A stretch of 64,000 nt of DNA from the human T2T-CHM13v2.0 reference genome, Homo sapiens: assembly GCF_009914755.1 (NCBI RefSeq), contig NC_060930.1. The stretch is one strand, 5' to 3'. Shown in pieces: positions 1-13,964 of this stretch (position 1 is its first letter; each line of letters starts with the position of its first letter). Under the pieces are notes generated by a model. The model was given only the letters and a program-made list of their open reading frames with translations, was not told the DNA's origin and did not search any database. The position numbers were made by a program, and so were the translations under genes.

Positions 1-2879
1 TATTAAACATTACAGCTAGGAAATCCAGGATTTTCGGAATCTTGTCCCTTAGACTACAATTATCACCCCACATATGGTCTTCAAACATACTATTTTGCAG
101 AGGTTGCAATTTCCACCAAAAGATCTCAGGCTTGAGAATTGTAACTCAACCTATGAAACATTAGTGAGCTTTCCTTTACTATGTAACTTTGTCCTATAAT
201 ACTTTAGGCCTAAATAGTTTCAAGCTCAAACAGATCATAAAGATATCTCTGTCTTTTAAAATTGAACATTCGCCCAGCATCGACGAGATAGAACCGGAGA
301 TATAGAGCAAGAGATGAAAAGTTGAACTGTGGTGCCAACATCACCACCACTGACTAATTCCAAGTAGATTATATGGGGTTTGGGGGTTGTGAGACATCTC
401 AACATTTTTCCATGGAAGAGCAGTCTCTGGCCCTTATTATTCCATCCTGTAGAAGAGAGAAAACGAAGAGAAAGCCACACCCATGAACCTTGTCCTTGTA
501 TGAAATAGTGATTCCATCCATTAAAAATGTAGGCCAAACTTTGCTCTGTAATACAACCAGAGCAGTGCCCTCCTCCTCAGTGAGAAAACAGGATGCCTGT
601 GGTCAGGGTGGTAAAAGCAAGTGAACAAAGATACCTCAAATGCTGATCATCTGACCCCACATCCCTCCAAAGTCAGGTGCTACATCTCATTTGACTACTT
701 GTTGTTAATATCACCATTATTGCTAGGTTCATTAAGTGAATCATGGGAATGAAAAAGAGGTCTACAGAAAGACAGTGTTCATGGAGTTGAATGTATTGAT
801 GATACTAATGTTGAACTACATAGAAGGCTAATATTAAACCCTGAGAGATAAAATAAATTATTTTTTTATTTTGTCCCTTCCTCCTTGTTTCTGCATTGTT
901 TGTATCAGAGTCCTACTTTAGGGAGAAATAGCACAAATCAAATGGCCTGATATATACATAAATATTTGTCTTCCTTTCAAAAGATTCGCTTCCTTACATC
1001 TCTTTAACATTTTACATTTCTCTGTAGATAAATTTTTCTAGCTCACTGATATAAATCTAGATTTCCCCTCTGACATATAAAATAGAAAGAACTTCAAGCC
1101 TTTGAAACACATATCAGCTCCTGAATGTTCCAGAACTGTGACATAGTTGGTGGTGGTAAACTGTGATTATTAAAAAGGATATCCTTTAGACTCCCTATAA
1201 AAACATCCCTGTCTGTCCCTTTTTTACATTTACTGTAGGTGATGGGTTGTTCTGGTGATGCAGTGGGGTAAGTATGAGAGAAGGTAGAGAGAACACTTTA
1301 ATATTCTCTCTGCTAAGGTATTTGTGAAAGTTTTCTTCTTTATACCTGTTAAAATAAGATAAATCTCACATCAATGTTTTTTTCATTTCTCATGATGCCA
1401 ATAAAAGTTTCTAATATATTCATTGAAACAATGATAGTGACAAAGTGGTCTTTAGAAAACAACTGGTGGGGAAAAGACAAAACTTTTCTTCCAAATAGCT
1501 TTTAATAGCAGCAACAGCAGCAAAGTAAAGCAGTGTAATATTTGTTTTGTGAGAAGAGCATCTGCTAACTTCACTAACCCAGTAGAATAAGAATCATATG
1601 TTTAACAATGTCTCATTTCATACATCTAGAACGAGCCTAGTTTTTAGGGGCATTATTTTGTTACTGTGGATAATTAATATTAGTAAAGGGGATACTAGTA
1701 TTCAAATGAATGAAGATATACATATTTTCTTCTTCCCAAAATATTTCTTATATATCTCTGTTTCTGTTTATTCTATTTTTCATCTGTAAAAATGAGAACT
1801 CTTGGAAAATATTTTTACATATTTTAAAGAATATTTAGAACGTTAAGTGCTTTATTGAAGCACATGCTGTTTATATCATAAAACATTAAAATAAAACTAC
1901 TCCTTTTACTCTTTTTGAGCTCAACACAATTATGTGATGCAAAAGGCCCAACTCTGAAGAGGTTGAAAACAGATTACAATTAGTTTCATCGATTTGTGAC
2001 CAATGTTCTTACCTCAAGAGCTTCATAATCTCAATTTCATCCTGAAAAACACAAAATAGAGATGTCTATTATGTAAGTTAATATGTCCCTGCTTTATAAA
2101 ATCTAGCAGTTTTATTTCCCTGTTATTTCAAATCCTTGAAGTTAATTACCTTTGTTGATCCCACATGATTTCCGATACTTCATTTTTTAAGGTATTATGC
2201 AATATTCTGGAGGATATGTTGTTTATTTTTGAGCAATAAGTCCTCACAATAAAAAACTAAATCTATTAGTTCTTAAGCCTTACTTCCTTAAATCATGTCT
2301 CTGTTTGAAAAAAAAAAAGAATGTACTCTTCTATCAACCAAAGTGACGAAGTCTAATAAAGCTTGGATTTATCTATTTTGACAGAACTATTTAGCAAAAA
2401 AAAAACAGGTTTTGTTGCAAATTGATAAACATAAAGCATTGTGAGTCATCCTACTACAGGCACTGTGATCTCAGCATTCTAGGTTTGTGTTACCTGGGTT
2501 ATTATTTATTTCTGTGTTCTGTATTATATTATTTATTTCTGTGTTCATATTATAGGCTTTTAAATTATATTACATTATAATTTAAATTATATTATTATAT
2601 TAAAATATATACTCTAAATACATTCTCGGCCAGAAAAAAACAAAGTTCAAGTTAATGGCTCTTAATTTAAATATAAAATATATACCAGGGTTTGTTCTTG
2701 GCAGAAAAAGAATCTTCCAAGTAAAACTTTAGAAAGACAAAACACAAAAGCTCGATTCTTGGTGAAAAGCTATCCACTGAGAGAAGACAAGATACTGCTC
2801 TTTTTCCACATTTCCACCAAACACACCTTTTTCTCATTTGGTTGGGACAGCTGAAGCTTTGGAGGAAATTCTTCTAATG

Positions 2880-3360
2880 AGTATGACAGGATACCTTTTC
2901 CAGCATCTGTTCCTATTTTGGTGTGCATTCCTATACCACAGATGCTGGAAAGCTAACACTTTATTTTCACAAATGAAGTGCACTTGTTCAAAACTTGTAT
3001 TGAGAGTGAGTAGGCAGGAAAAGAGGACATTGCATACAAGCCATTCATTTTGTTGATATAGAACTGGAAGAAATATTCATAGCAGACTTCTGATCCTAAG
3101 ATCAAGGCTAAAGTGGTGCAATGTGGTAAGCAGCAGTTGGACAGCAGCTGTCTGATTCCCTAGCTTCTTAAATGTAGTGGTGGTAGCAGCTTCCTCAGTC
3201 GACCAGTTCTGTGGTGTGTCCTGCGAATCAGTGCTGGAGATTCAGAGAAGAGCCCCTTCTCCAACCCTTCAAAAAAGTTGGTAAGTGCAATCACTGTTTG
3301 AAATATTGTTGCACTTAAAATATAGCAAATATTGTCTGATGCGTGAACTAAAGTTTGAGT
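2880..3360 (+). mobile_element. Ancient ERVL solo LTR, LTR33-like
   Basis: Degenerate matches to recalled LTR33 blocks: gatgctggaaagctaa, ccagttctgtggtgtg, gagccccttctccaacccttc. Boundaries approximate. Confidence 0.55.
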
Positions 3361-3544
3361 TGAAATAGGGCTAAAATGGATGAGAATGGGCAAGGGCTGG
3401 AGTGCATCGAATTTGCTGCCTATAGCAGAACAGCATTTAACAGTCTACCTTGGAGAATAATTTGAGAGTATCCTAAGCCTAGAACTCATTGCTCCTTACA
3501 GTAGTAAGTTTTATATAACAAATTATATACATATATACATATTC

Positions 3545-4968
3545 ATCATATTATTAGAACAAAGGAGAAAAATTCCATGATCATTTGTAAAAAAAAAAAA
3601 AGAAAAGAAAAAGAAAAAATGAAAAAACTCAACACCCAATCATGATGCAAACCATCAGCTAACAAAAAGTAGGAGGCGACATTCTGAAAAGGTTCCTTCA
3701 GAAAAATCTACAAATCTTTATGTAAGTTCTGATGATACTAAATGATAAAAGATTACATATTTTCCACATAAATTGAGGAAGAAGGCAAGAATGTCCCATT
3801 TCATTATGCCCTTTCAAGACTGTACAGAAAGTCTGAAGTGTAGTAAAGCAATCAAAAGGAATAAACATCATGAAAATCAAAAAGAAAAAAGTAAAACTTT
3901 TTTTATTTGCAGATGACAAAATTTGAATAGAAAATCTGGGTAATACACAACCAAAAGACTAAATCTGAAGGTGAATTTATCAAAGACATAGTGTAAAATA
4001 TCAATATACAAAGTCGTGGATAGCTCTATTTTCTAGCACCAAACAATTGGAGAATGATTTTGAAAAAATAATGTACCATAATAATAAAAATAAAATATTA
4101 AATATAAGTTTAACAAAAGATGTGGAAAACTCTAAACTTAAAACTATAAAACATTGATGAGAGAAATTAAAACCTAAATAGAGAGAGATATAAATGATAA
4201 TAGACTGAAAGACAATGCCATTAAGATATAAATTCTCCCCAAACTGATCTATATGGTTAATGCAATCTCATTCAAAATTTCAACTTTTAAAAATTGACAT
4301 GTCTATTCTAAAAGTTATATAAAGTGCTAAAAAGACATAGTCATTGAAACAATCTTTACTAAAGAAGAAAGCAATGGAAGTTGACTTGCCATAAAGCTAC
4401 AGTAATCAAAACAATGTAGTATGAAAATATGATGAGACAAATAGTTCAGTGGAGCAGAAGAGAGTTCATTAATAGACTTATGCATGAAAAGTCAATTGAT
4501 TTTCAACAAAGTCCTGTGACAATTTAATTTTAAAAAGAATGCCATTTCAACAAATGGTGCCGCAACATGAATAAAAAACAATGTACCTCAAACCCCAATG
4601 CTCAACATACAAAAACTATACATTTTTTATGAAAAAATGTTAAGGTAAAATCTTCGCCACATTGAGGTGGGCAAAGATTTTTTAGAGAGGACACACACAC
4701 ACACAAAAAGTAATCATAAAATAAAAAACTGATAAATTGAACATTAAAACTTAAAACATCTACTCACAGTTAAGAAAGGAAATTATTCACAATACGTATG
4801 GACATAACAAAGGAATTGCTTCCAGAATATCTTTTAAAAACTGCAATGAAACCGTACTAAAAAAGAGAAACAAGACATTTTCAAAAAAAGACAAGACTTT
4901 GATGACACTTCACAAAAAATATATTAGCAATAAGCACATGAAAAGTTGTTCAACATCATTAGACATCT
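3545..4968 (+). mobile_element. Old L1M ORF2 fragment (RT to C-terminal region)
   Basis: ttatttgcagatgaca encodes the FADD motif region. Also ttcaacaaatggtgc and aagcacatgaaaagttgttcaacatcattag. Many stops and frameshifts. Confidence 0.9.
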
Positions 4969-4969
4969 G

Positions 4970-5430
4970 ATGTTGTAGGTCATTTTCCCTGAGAATTAGA
5001 CTTTGAGGTGGAAGCTAAAATGTCGCATGTTTAAAGAAGGGCTCTTTGGCTAAACATGTGTGGAAAAGGGAAAATGAGTCAGATTTGTCAGGGGAGGCAT
5101 TAGAAAGCCATGCTTAAACAGCAAAAATCTCATGTGAATTCCCCATGAGTGGATCTGAAGCTGGAATGGTCCATCAGAGTTACCCCAAGTTGGAGCAAGA
5201 GGCTAGACCTTTGTACTCCTCCAATGAACAGTCATTGGAAGAAGCCTGTTCCTAGGAACAACAAAAGACGCATGGACTCATAGGAAGTAGCTCTCTTAAG
5301 TAGAGGCAATTCCGAGAGAGTGCAGTTCTGGGAAGTTGAGGACTGGCAGCAGATAGCATTCACAACCGGGGACGTAAGTACTTCATTTCTGAAGAGGAGA
5401 AATGGGATAACACGTGGTATCATCCACTAT
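4970..5430 (-). mobile_element. LTR16A-like 3' LTR of an ERVL (ERV3-16A3-type) provirus
   Basis: Reverse complement resembles LTR16A (tagtggatgatacc ... gacctacaaca) and directly abuts ERVL internal sequence. Confidence 0.75.
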
Positions 5431-8400
5431 TTACTCATTGTGCCTTTTAGTTCTACTTTTCTACATAAGCTCTGGGAGTAGTTCCACCTGGATTCCAATG
5501 GGCCTCTTTCCCTGGGGGAAACTTAGAAAAGGAAAGTTAATGGGACAATCCCCCACCACAGCAGCTGTTCTCAAGACTATAACTAAATATCATCAATTCC
5601 CTCTACTGTACATTCTCTATTTTCCTCACCCTTAGCTAGTAATTCTGTTGGTCTAAGTGGCCTTCGTATATACCTGAGGGGTTTGAGCTTCCACTCGCCT
5701 TGCTCTTCTATGGCTGGCTATTGCAGTTGTCTTTTTATTGTCACCTACATGGGTCGATGGATCACATGGGGACCACACATATTCTTCTTTTCCCTCAACT
5801 TTAACAGCAGCCTTGATTCTTCCTGATGATCAGAGTCAATTATCCCTGCCAGAATGCTGGCTTTCCTAACTTGCTTGCCAGCCCCTTGACACAAAGCGCT
5901 TAATTAAGTTCCTGGTTGGCAGCCATGACAGAAAGTTCACTGGTTCTCTTGTGTCCCCTGATGTAAGTTTTCCCTTTCTGGGGATTAAGAATGTTGATAC
6001 TTAGAGCTTGATGTTGTGAGGTAAGCAATTTCCTCAAATAAGACACCAGAGGCAACAGTCATCAGAGCTGCTCATACTTCTGCCCCCTGGTTCCCAGACC
6101 CTGTATTTTATTATTTGAGGACTCTCCACTTTAGAATGGTAATTGATAGTGTACTCTTCATTCTGGAGGATAACCATCCGTGCTTGCAGTGTATATTCTC
6201 TAATCTGAGTCTCAGCTTTGCATTCAATAGGCCATCCCATCACTCTCATAGGCTGTCAGCTTCTTTGAGATGCAGGATGTAATTAGACCAGTGAACCTCA
6301 AGATCATGTGCCCATTTCTGCATCTCCTTAGCTGTTCATTGGATTTCTTGTCCTGATCAATGTAATTCAATGTGAGACTCCTAAGTTAGTGGAACAAGCA
6401 CACTGAGCACTTGCATAGAAGATGGTAACTGGGAAACTATGTGTAGAAAAGGGAAACCCGTATTCAGAATTGTGCCAGTTCCAGTCAAAAGAAAATGCTG
6501 CACTTTTCATGGCAAAAGGGGCCCCAGGGAGTAAACTTGCCAGCAAAAGGCTGGTAAATCTCTTCCAGTGAGGTGCTGCATCAGTGATTATGTGCTGGGC
6601 TTATTTGCTGGCAAGTGAATATTTAACAGTGTCAGTATAATTATCAGCTATGGTGAATGGGAGCCTGGCCTGTTGGGCCCATGCCTAGGCCCCATCTCTT
6701 CCACCATATCTACCATATTCAGACACCCATCATATCAGCACAGGGGTGGCTGATGCAGAAGCTAGGTTAGGGCCACTAGGAGAATCATGCTGTCTACTGT
6801 GTTATTGAATGCCTCTTCTGAGATGAATACTACCTGGTAGACAATGAGACGTTGTCCATGCCATGCCTTGCCAGCAGACCAGTCCACGTGCCTCTACTCC
6901 TTACCTCCTTGCCTCTGATTTTCCAATCTTTTCTTTCCATGCCCCTAGACCAAACAACCAGAGCAGTTGCTTTTACCCATGAGTATACTCTCAGCTGTCT
7001 ACTCTTCTGCCCAAAATTGACAATCAAATTCACCATTTGTAGTGCCTTTGAGGAGGATTTCCTCTTACTTCTGTCTTTCAGAACTACCCCGAGTGGAACC
7101 AAAGTGCAACTTCAGTTTTAGATTGCACACACATAATGAACTGAACCATCTGTGAACCAAAGTCTTTTTAAAATTTCCTTCTGTATTAGTCAGGGTTCTC
7201 TCTAAAGGGACAGTACAAATAGAATATATATAAAAGAGAGTTTATTAAGGAGTATTGACTCACACAATCACAAGGTGAAGTCCCATAATAGGCTGTCTGC
7301 AAGTTGAGGAGTGAGGAAGCCAGTTCAAGCCCCAAAACCTCAAAAGTAGGGAAGCCGACAGTGCAGCCTTCAGTTTGTGGCCAAAGGCCCAGGAGCCCTT
7401 GGCAAACCACTGGTATAGGTCCAAGAGTCCAAAATCTGAAGAACTTGGAGTCTGATGTTTGAGGGCAGGAAGTATCCAAAACAGGAGAAAGATGGAGGCT
7501 AGAAGATACAGCCTGTCTAGTCCTTCCATGTTCATCTGCCTGTTTTTATACTAACCACACTGGCAGCTGAGTAGATGGTGCCCACTCAGATCAAGGGTGG
7601 GGCTGCCTCTCCTAGTCCACTGACTCAAATGTTAATCTCCTTTGGCAACACCCTCACAGACACACCCAGGAACAATATCTTGGATCCTTCAATCCAATAA
7701 AGTTGACACTCAAGATTAACCATCACACCTTGCCTGTCAGCTGGTCATAAGGGATCTGCATCCCATGTGGTCTTAGACATAAACTGAAAGGTGGATATCT
7801 GGGTCATACGAGGATGCAACTTTTTTATTTCTTCCAGCCATGGTTGTGTCTGAACCAAGATTAACAACTTCCATGTTACGATGGTTTACTGCTGGGCCTC
7901 TCAATTTTGTGACTTGTTGTAGTTGACTGAATCCAGATGTGAATGGGCAATTACGGCCTCATGGTCATATCAAGAACCATGGTCAGGCATTCCAATTCTC
8001 AACGGAGACTCAGCAGCATATCAGGTGCTCTTTTATAAAAGGTATATTAATTTTCCACTAAAAATTGCACAGCCTTGCTTCAGAATCTGAAGTGTCTACA
8101 TAGGGCTTGCTATAAAACTACTCCTGTATGTTTCTTCAGATACTGCTAATATTATAGGGTATTCTTTATGATAATGTTTATATGAATCAAGTGGTGGTAC
8201 TGTTACATAAGCCACAGCCTGAGCCTGATGCAAAGCCTTTCTTGCTCTGGGAACCACTGAAGCTGGTGAATTGAAAGGCATTTCATTTCACTTATTGTAT
8301 AAGCCGGAACTGTATTTCTGGGTATGGATTAAGTTGTCTTCATGACCTAGCAGCATGTCAGGCATTGCATTTTCTTTACCATGTGGTACAGCAAGATGCA

Positions 8401-8700
8401 AAAATCTGTCCTGTACTTTAGAAGAGATGTAATGGTATACCAGGACTACTGGATCCTTAAATACTTAACCGAGTCTTCACGGTTCAGCTGTCATTCTACA
8501 GAGAATATATTTCTTACCAAGGCCTTCAACCAACTTGACAATTTCTGCTCATCTGGTTTTGTTTTCTTGAGGTCATGAATATATTGGATTGGTAGGATGA
8601 TACCACTGAAGCTACCACGATTTCTCTGGTCTTTGTAAGGACAACATTGGTGAACTAAATGGGGATATAATTGGGACCACACTCCTGTATTTTTAGGTAT
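5431..8700 (-). pseudogene. Decayed ERVL pol (RT, RNase H, integrase), ERV3-16A3-int-like
   Basis: Minus-strand ORF pieces match ERVL Pol. 8491-8682 has QYIHD (eroded YIDD). 8096-8281 has KALHQAQAVA (RT connection). ~7142-7160 encodes WFTDGS. 6830-7102 has GVVLKD..DWKIRGKEVRSRGTW (RNase H). 6034-6249 is integrase-like. Confidence 0.85.
7182..7727 (-). mobile_element. MLT2A-type (HERV-L) solo LTR inserted in the older ERVL pol
   Basis: Ends tgtattagtcagggttctc and ttaaccatcaca; 5-bp TSD ccttc/ccttg. Confidence 0.9.
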
Positions 8701-8849
8701 TTAAGGGTGGCACTAAACTCTGCAATTCCTCACAAAGGTTGATTATGCTTTTGTTTGCTATCTTAGAGGGGTAACTATTGAGTAAATGAGTTATTCTATT
8801 GATATCATTATAATTCTTGATGTCAATCAGGCTCAAAATTTGATACTAC

Positions 8850-9140
8850 TCTGCCCCACATCTAGTGAGTCACCAGATCTAAACTAACTGTGAAAATTTC
8901 CAAACCCCTCCCCTTTGCTCAATCATTATTATTATTGTACTAGTTCAGGTATTTATGTCTTTTCTCTAGGTTATTATGTAAAACTTTTGTTTACATTCAA
9001 GCTCTTTCCAATCCAATTTATTATCTTAATGCAATATTCTTTTTTCAAAACCTTCCCCATTCTCAAAAGATATTGGCTATTTGTAGTCTATAAAAGCCTG
9101 GAGAGTGTAAATCCCTCCACAGTTCATATCTGTCATTAAG
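8850..9140 (+). mobile_element. L2 fragment
   Basis: Degenerate L2 3' motif ccccacatct..tcacca, tccaatcca. Confidence 0.45.
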
Positions 9141-9211
9141 CCTGGATCTGTTCACTGAAACACTTCAATCCTGGGATTATGGCTAGAGATGTTAGTGGTG
9201 CCACATATCTG

Positions 9212-10243
9212 AGTTACCAGTGGTGAATCCTTACAGATCTGCAGCAACCTCAATTCTTGCCTCCTCTGAAGAAAGAATTGGATGGAGAAGCATAAGGCTG
9301 AATAAGACACCAAGGCAAGTTTTAGAGCAGGAGTGAAAGTTTATGAACAAGCTTTAGAGCTAGAATGAAAAGAAAGTACACTTGGAAGAGGGCCAAGTGG
9401 GCATCTTGGAGGACAAATGTGGGGTTTGACCTTTTGACTTGGGGTTTTAGATGTCAGCGTACTTCCAGAATCTTGTGTCTCTTCTCCCCTGATTCTTCCC
9501 TTGGGGTGGGTTGTCCACATGTGCAATGGCCTTGTGGAGGGATGCAAATGTGGAGGGGAGCACGCACAGTGTGTTAGTGTGTTTAGTGGAGTTGTATGCA
9601 TGCTCACTTGAGGCATTCTTCCCTTACCAGTGGAATGCCCCTGGAAGATCATGTACCTGTTAAACTCCACCATTTTGCCTTTTAATGCACATGCTTGAGC
9701 ACACCCACTCAACTCCTGAGATCTTATCCAGAAGCTGCTTATCACTAGTTTCAGGCCTTTTCTTTTCTTTTTTCTTTTTTTTTTTTTTTTTGAGATGGAG
9801 TCTCGCTCAGCTGCCCAGGATGGAGGGCGGTGGCGTGATCTCAGGGCTCACCACAACCATTGTCTCTGGGGTTCAAGCGATTCTCCTGTCTCAGCCTCCC
9901 TAGTAGCTAGGATTACAGGCACCCACCATCATGCCCAGCTAATTTTTGTATTTTAGTAGAGACGGGGTTTCACCACGTTGGCCAAACTGGTCTTGAACTC
10001 CTGACCTCAGGTGATCCGCCTGCCTCAGCCTTCCACAGTGCTAAGATTACAGGCATGAGCCACCGCGCCTGGCTTGTTTCAGTTATTTTCTACCTGTGGG
10101 GACAATGCCTTTCCTTGGTGCTGGCTGCAACCAGTTATTATTTGAGAGAGACAGTTAACAACCACCTGACTATCACTTGATGGTCACCTGACATTCCTAA
10201 TTGGTGGTGGGGGGTGTCTCTTGCCTGACTACCTACTGTAACA
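9212..10243 (-). mobile_element. MER50-like ERV1 solo LTR, interrupted by an Alu
   Basis: gttaccagtggtgaatcc..ctgcagcaacctcaattcttgcctcc at one end and gcctgactacctactgtaaca at the other. Confidence 0.8.
9758..10074 (-). mobile_element. AluS
   Basis: Poly-T followed by a full reverse Alu dimer; gtttcag on both flanks. Confidence 0.95.
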
Positions 10244-10259
10244 GAGATTGTGTATTGTT

Positions 10260-10500
10260 GTATGGGGAAGATGACAGCTAAAAGTGAAATTTACATTTAG
10301 ACCAATTTCAGCTCAATTCTTAAAAGGTATTTTAGGGAAGTAGAACTACTTTATTCCAGAAGATATTATTTAATTACATAGAAGAACTTAAGGATACAGA
10401 GTGATACTATGTATGGAATAATGGGAAGGGTTATTCTGCTTTCTGACAGAAGTTGAATTAGATTAACTGGAATATCTTTTTGAATTAAATATCTGTGAAA
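10260..10500 (+). mobile_element. L3/CR1 3' end relic
   Basis: Weak similarity: agttgaattagattaact..ctgtga. Confidence 0.35.
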
Positions 10501-12599
10501 CTTTTGATAAACTTTTAAAAAATTCAAATTTTCCATTTTAGATTTTAAGAAAATAATTAACCGTGCTCTTCATAATGCTTCCAAAATGAAGGATTTTCAT
10601 CTCAACACCCTATGCTGGAGTTATTTAATTCAAACAGAAAGAAAAGAAAAGAAAGCCTCAGAATTCATAAGAATGCTGTGATGAGTGTGATAACATGTTA
10701 TCTACAGCCTTTGAGCCCTTTGAAGATAAGCTGTTGAATAATGTCACTACATTATTATTATAGTTAGAATATAAATACAGGTTTAGCATCCTGTCAAGAT
10801 AATACAACTTTCAAAAGAATACAAAGTGAGAAATTCACATGTGCAATTTTAAAGGAATGAGGCAAGATTCAAAAGATAAAATCAAACAAAAGATATCATA
10901 TTTTATTATCTTTATATATCCTTTTCATAAAAATAAGTCATAAAAATATACATAGATAGATAAATTAATTTTAAATTTAAGTTTGGTTGCCCATTACTTT
11001 ATGTGGGAGAGTATTTTGAGCAGTCCAAATGACCTTAATTGAAATAAAACTGTTCAACTGATTTATTTACATTAAGATCAATATCAGTTTTTAAACTGGA
11101 CATTTCTCTAACATTTGTGTTAAAACTAAAAATTAGTCATAATTGTTACGTCTCTATGTTTTAGTTAATTAAATATTATGATTAATATAAAAAAGAAATG
11201 ATTTTAGTATTTTAGTATTATTGTCTTTAAAGCTATTTTTTCACAGTGTATAGTCCTTTGATGTAAGTCATTTGGGTTATTCCTCAAAACTAAACAATTG
11301 CTTAATTACTCCAAGGCACAGAATCCACACTACAATTTTAAAACATCAAAATGGGAAAAGTAATTAGTCTCTTGAGTATAATTAATCCGTCTGCTAAGAA
11401 TTGGGCCAAATTGTAGTTTAGCGTTCTCTAGAATTCAGAAGCCAATTTTAATTACACTGAAACGTTGAGCTTGAAGCTTGTAGACTTTGGCTCTAAAAGT
11501 AAGTTAAATCTTTATATTTATGGTGGACTTGAAAAAACACAGGACACATGGAAAGGAAGGCTTTACTTCCAGAACTAGACATCTACAGCAAAACTTCAGG
11601 ATTGTTTATTCTTCCTTTATAAGCTAGATATGGTTTAGGGACCATTGAGTGCTTGATAGGCATTTCATAAAGCAAATGCAATTTATTTCTACTGCACTTT
11701 CATTGACAAATATCAAACACAAAGTTACTGGATATTAACACAGAGAAAAAGACAAAAATAATTTTTACAGTAAACTTTAGAGAGAGGAGAATGTTGTTTG
11801 TTAGCAGCAGAAATGACGCACTTTGCAAAATATGCATCAAATGATCACTTCAGCAAATGATCAATTCAACAAAAGATTTGTTTGCTGTATTTATTTAATT
11901 TAGTAAAGCAATGTTTTTAAGAATGCATGAATTTCTCATCAATTCACACTGTTTTAATATATTTTAAAGGTTTCTACAGAGTTTTCAATTTGTATTTGTA
12001 GTAGCAGTTTAAGAAATGTATTTGACAAAAGCTAAGGGCTATTGGAAAGTTTAAATTTCCTTTCAATATATTTGGTATTCATAAAAGCCTATTTTATTCA
12101 CCTGTAGCCTAAATTTAAGCATCACTTTACAGTGTTCAGTCTGTGCTAATATATTTTGAATCATTTGCAACATAATACTTATGTTATAAGCCATGTATCA
12201 CTACCAAGATGCCTTCTCCAATTTTTCAAGTAAGAAATTGTTTCTCATATCTGTATCATTCAGAAGTGAAAATATACTGCGCTTCATTTATTTCTTATAT
12301 ATTACCTGTATTTCGAATTTTTAAAGAATTTCTAAACAAAACCTTCCTTTGCTCTTTTGCATGCAAAGTTAATGTACATAGAATTAGAGATACAAATAGT
12401 GCTGCAAATTTAATTAATATAGTAATCCTTTCTAGGAAAATCCCTAGGAATAAACGTAATAAAGATGGCAGGAGATATATTAAAAGCAAACAAACATTTA
12501 CTGAGGCATGTAGAGAAAATACAAACAAATGAAAGCCACATTTCTTTCCTGACTGGGAAGATGAAATGCAAACTTTACTTCTCTCTGTGATAATTGGAA

Positions 12600-13150
12600 C
12601 ACTTTATGTGAAAAATAACACAAAACCAAGTCAAACTGGCACTGTGGATGAGAGTGTTGATTCAATCATGTGTATGGAAGTTCAAAAGAAAAGTGAAATT
12701 CAAGGTTGGCTTAATTTATTGACTTAATTATGTCTAAAATCTATTTGTTTTTAAACATTTTTTTTTCTTCCTGGCATGTTTTTAGCTTTATTCTAAATCT
12801 AAAATTGACTTTTTTCCTGATTGCAAGTCAATTGCCAAAACTTCCCTGAGCTAGAATATTCCTCATTCACATGGTGGGGAATTTGGGGCAGGGCATGGAG
12901 AGATAAGCGGAAAGAAAGACAGCTGTATATCTCTTACAAACTTCAAACAAAAATCCTGAAATGCATTCTAATTGGCCAACCTTAAATTATGTGGCCAGTT
13001 CTTAGCTAGTCACTACAATGAAGAAAGTGCCAGATGCTGATTAATTTAAGCCAATAAAGAGCTACCTTTGGAATGGAAACCAAATTTCTTGGCTACTATT
13101 CAAGAATAATAATAGAAGTGAGGTTGTAAATAAAAATAAAATGCTGTACA
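12600..13150 (-). mobile_element. Old MLT1 (J/K/L-type) MaLR LTR
   Basis: ttctaattggccaacctta..tgtggcc..gtcact..tgctgatt..aagccaat pattern. Confidence 0.5.
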
Positions 13151-13242
13151 CACTTTCCAAATTAGTTATTATTTACCGTATAGGCATTTAAATTAAGTGG
13201 TATTGGGAGAACTTGACAAATTTGTTCTAATGTTCATCTAGA

Positions 13243-13749
13243 AAAGTATCCCTAAATTCAAATGTTTATAAGGTCAAAGTAGTTAAACCTACAAAATCAA
13301 GTCAAATGAAAGGGCATTTATAATATGCAAAGACAGGGTAAACCTGATTTTTTTTTCCTAACTTGGACTCTATAAGAGTAATTATTAGTCTAGGTAAGAG
13401 TTACAACCCATACCATCCCATGCAAATCTGAACATATGTGTGTATATATATTTGTACTTTATATATATATATATATATAAAATATATATATGTTATATAT
13501 GTGATATATATGTATATATAATACATATGATATATATGTGATATATATATAATTATTATTATCCTCTCTCTCAAGAGCAGTCTCTCAGCATGTGCCAATT
13601 ATTGCCATATAAGAAACAGTCTCAGCATCACTGGATTTTCTGATCTTTCAGTAGGAAAAAAATCCAATTTTTATATGAAATATCCTAATTTTAAAATATT
13701 GCTTTAATTAAAAATTAGCTGGAAAATATTTGTTGTTTTTCAACCTCTG
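13243..13749 (+). mobile_element. MER103C-like hAT DNA transposon
   Basis: gccaattattgccat..ttctgatctttca..aatccaatttttatatgaaatatcctaattttaaaa. Flanks atctagaa/ttctagga resemble an 8-bp TSD. Confidence 0.6.
13434..13552. repeat. Imperfect (TA)n microsatellite
   Basis: Directly visible. Confidence 0.95.
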
Positions 13750-13964
13750 TTCTAGGAAGTAAATGAATAAAAATAGCTCTTGTTATTTGAAGAAAAAAAG
13801 CACAAAAAACTAAGTATATTGCCAAATATTAAAACACATAAAAACCGCCGTAATTAAAGCAGTGTGGTATTGATGTAAGAATAGGGAGATAAATTAATGG
13901 AAAACAAAACACAAGTCAGAAACAGAGCCAACAATATGTAAGCATTCAGTATGGTCATCATACA

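Larger units (their letters stand above)
12350..13950 (+). mobile_element. Fragmented L1ME ORF2, interrupted by MLT1 and MER103
   Basis: ctaggaataaac, gaacttgacaaa..ttctaa, gtaattaaagcagtgtggtattg. Confidence 0.65.

Noticed and set aside
2500-2546. 20-bp direct repeat, with similar cases at 47315-47363 and 53951-53989, as CRISPR-like arrays
   Set aside because: Only two or three AT-rich copies with no spacer structure; these are slippage duplications in a eukaryotic genome.
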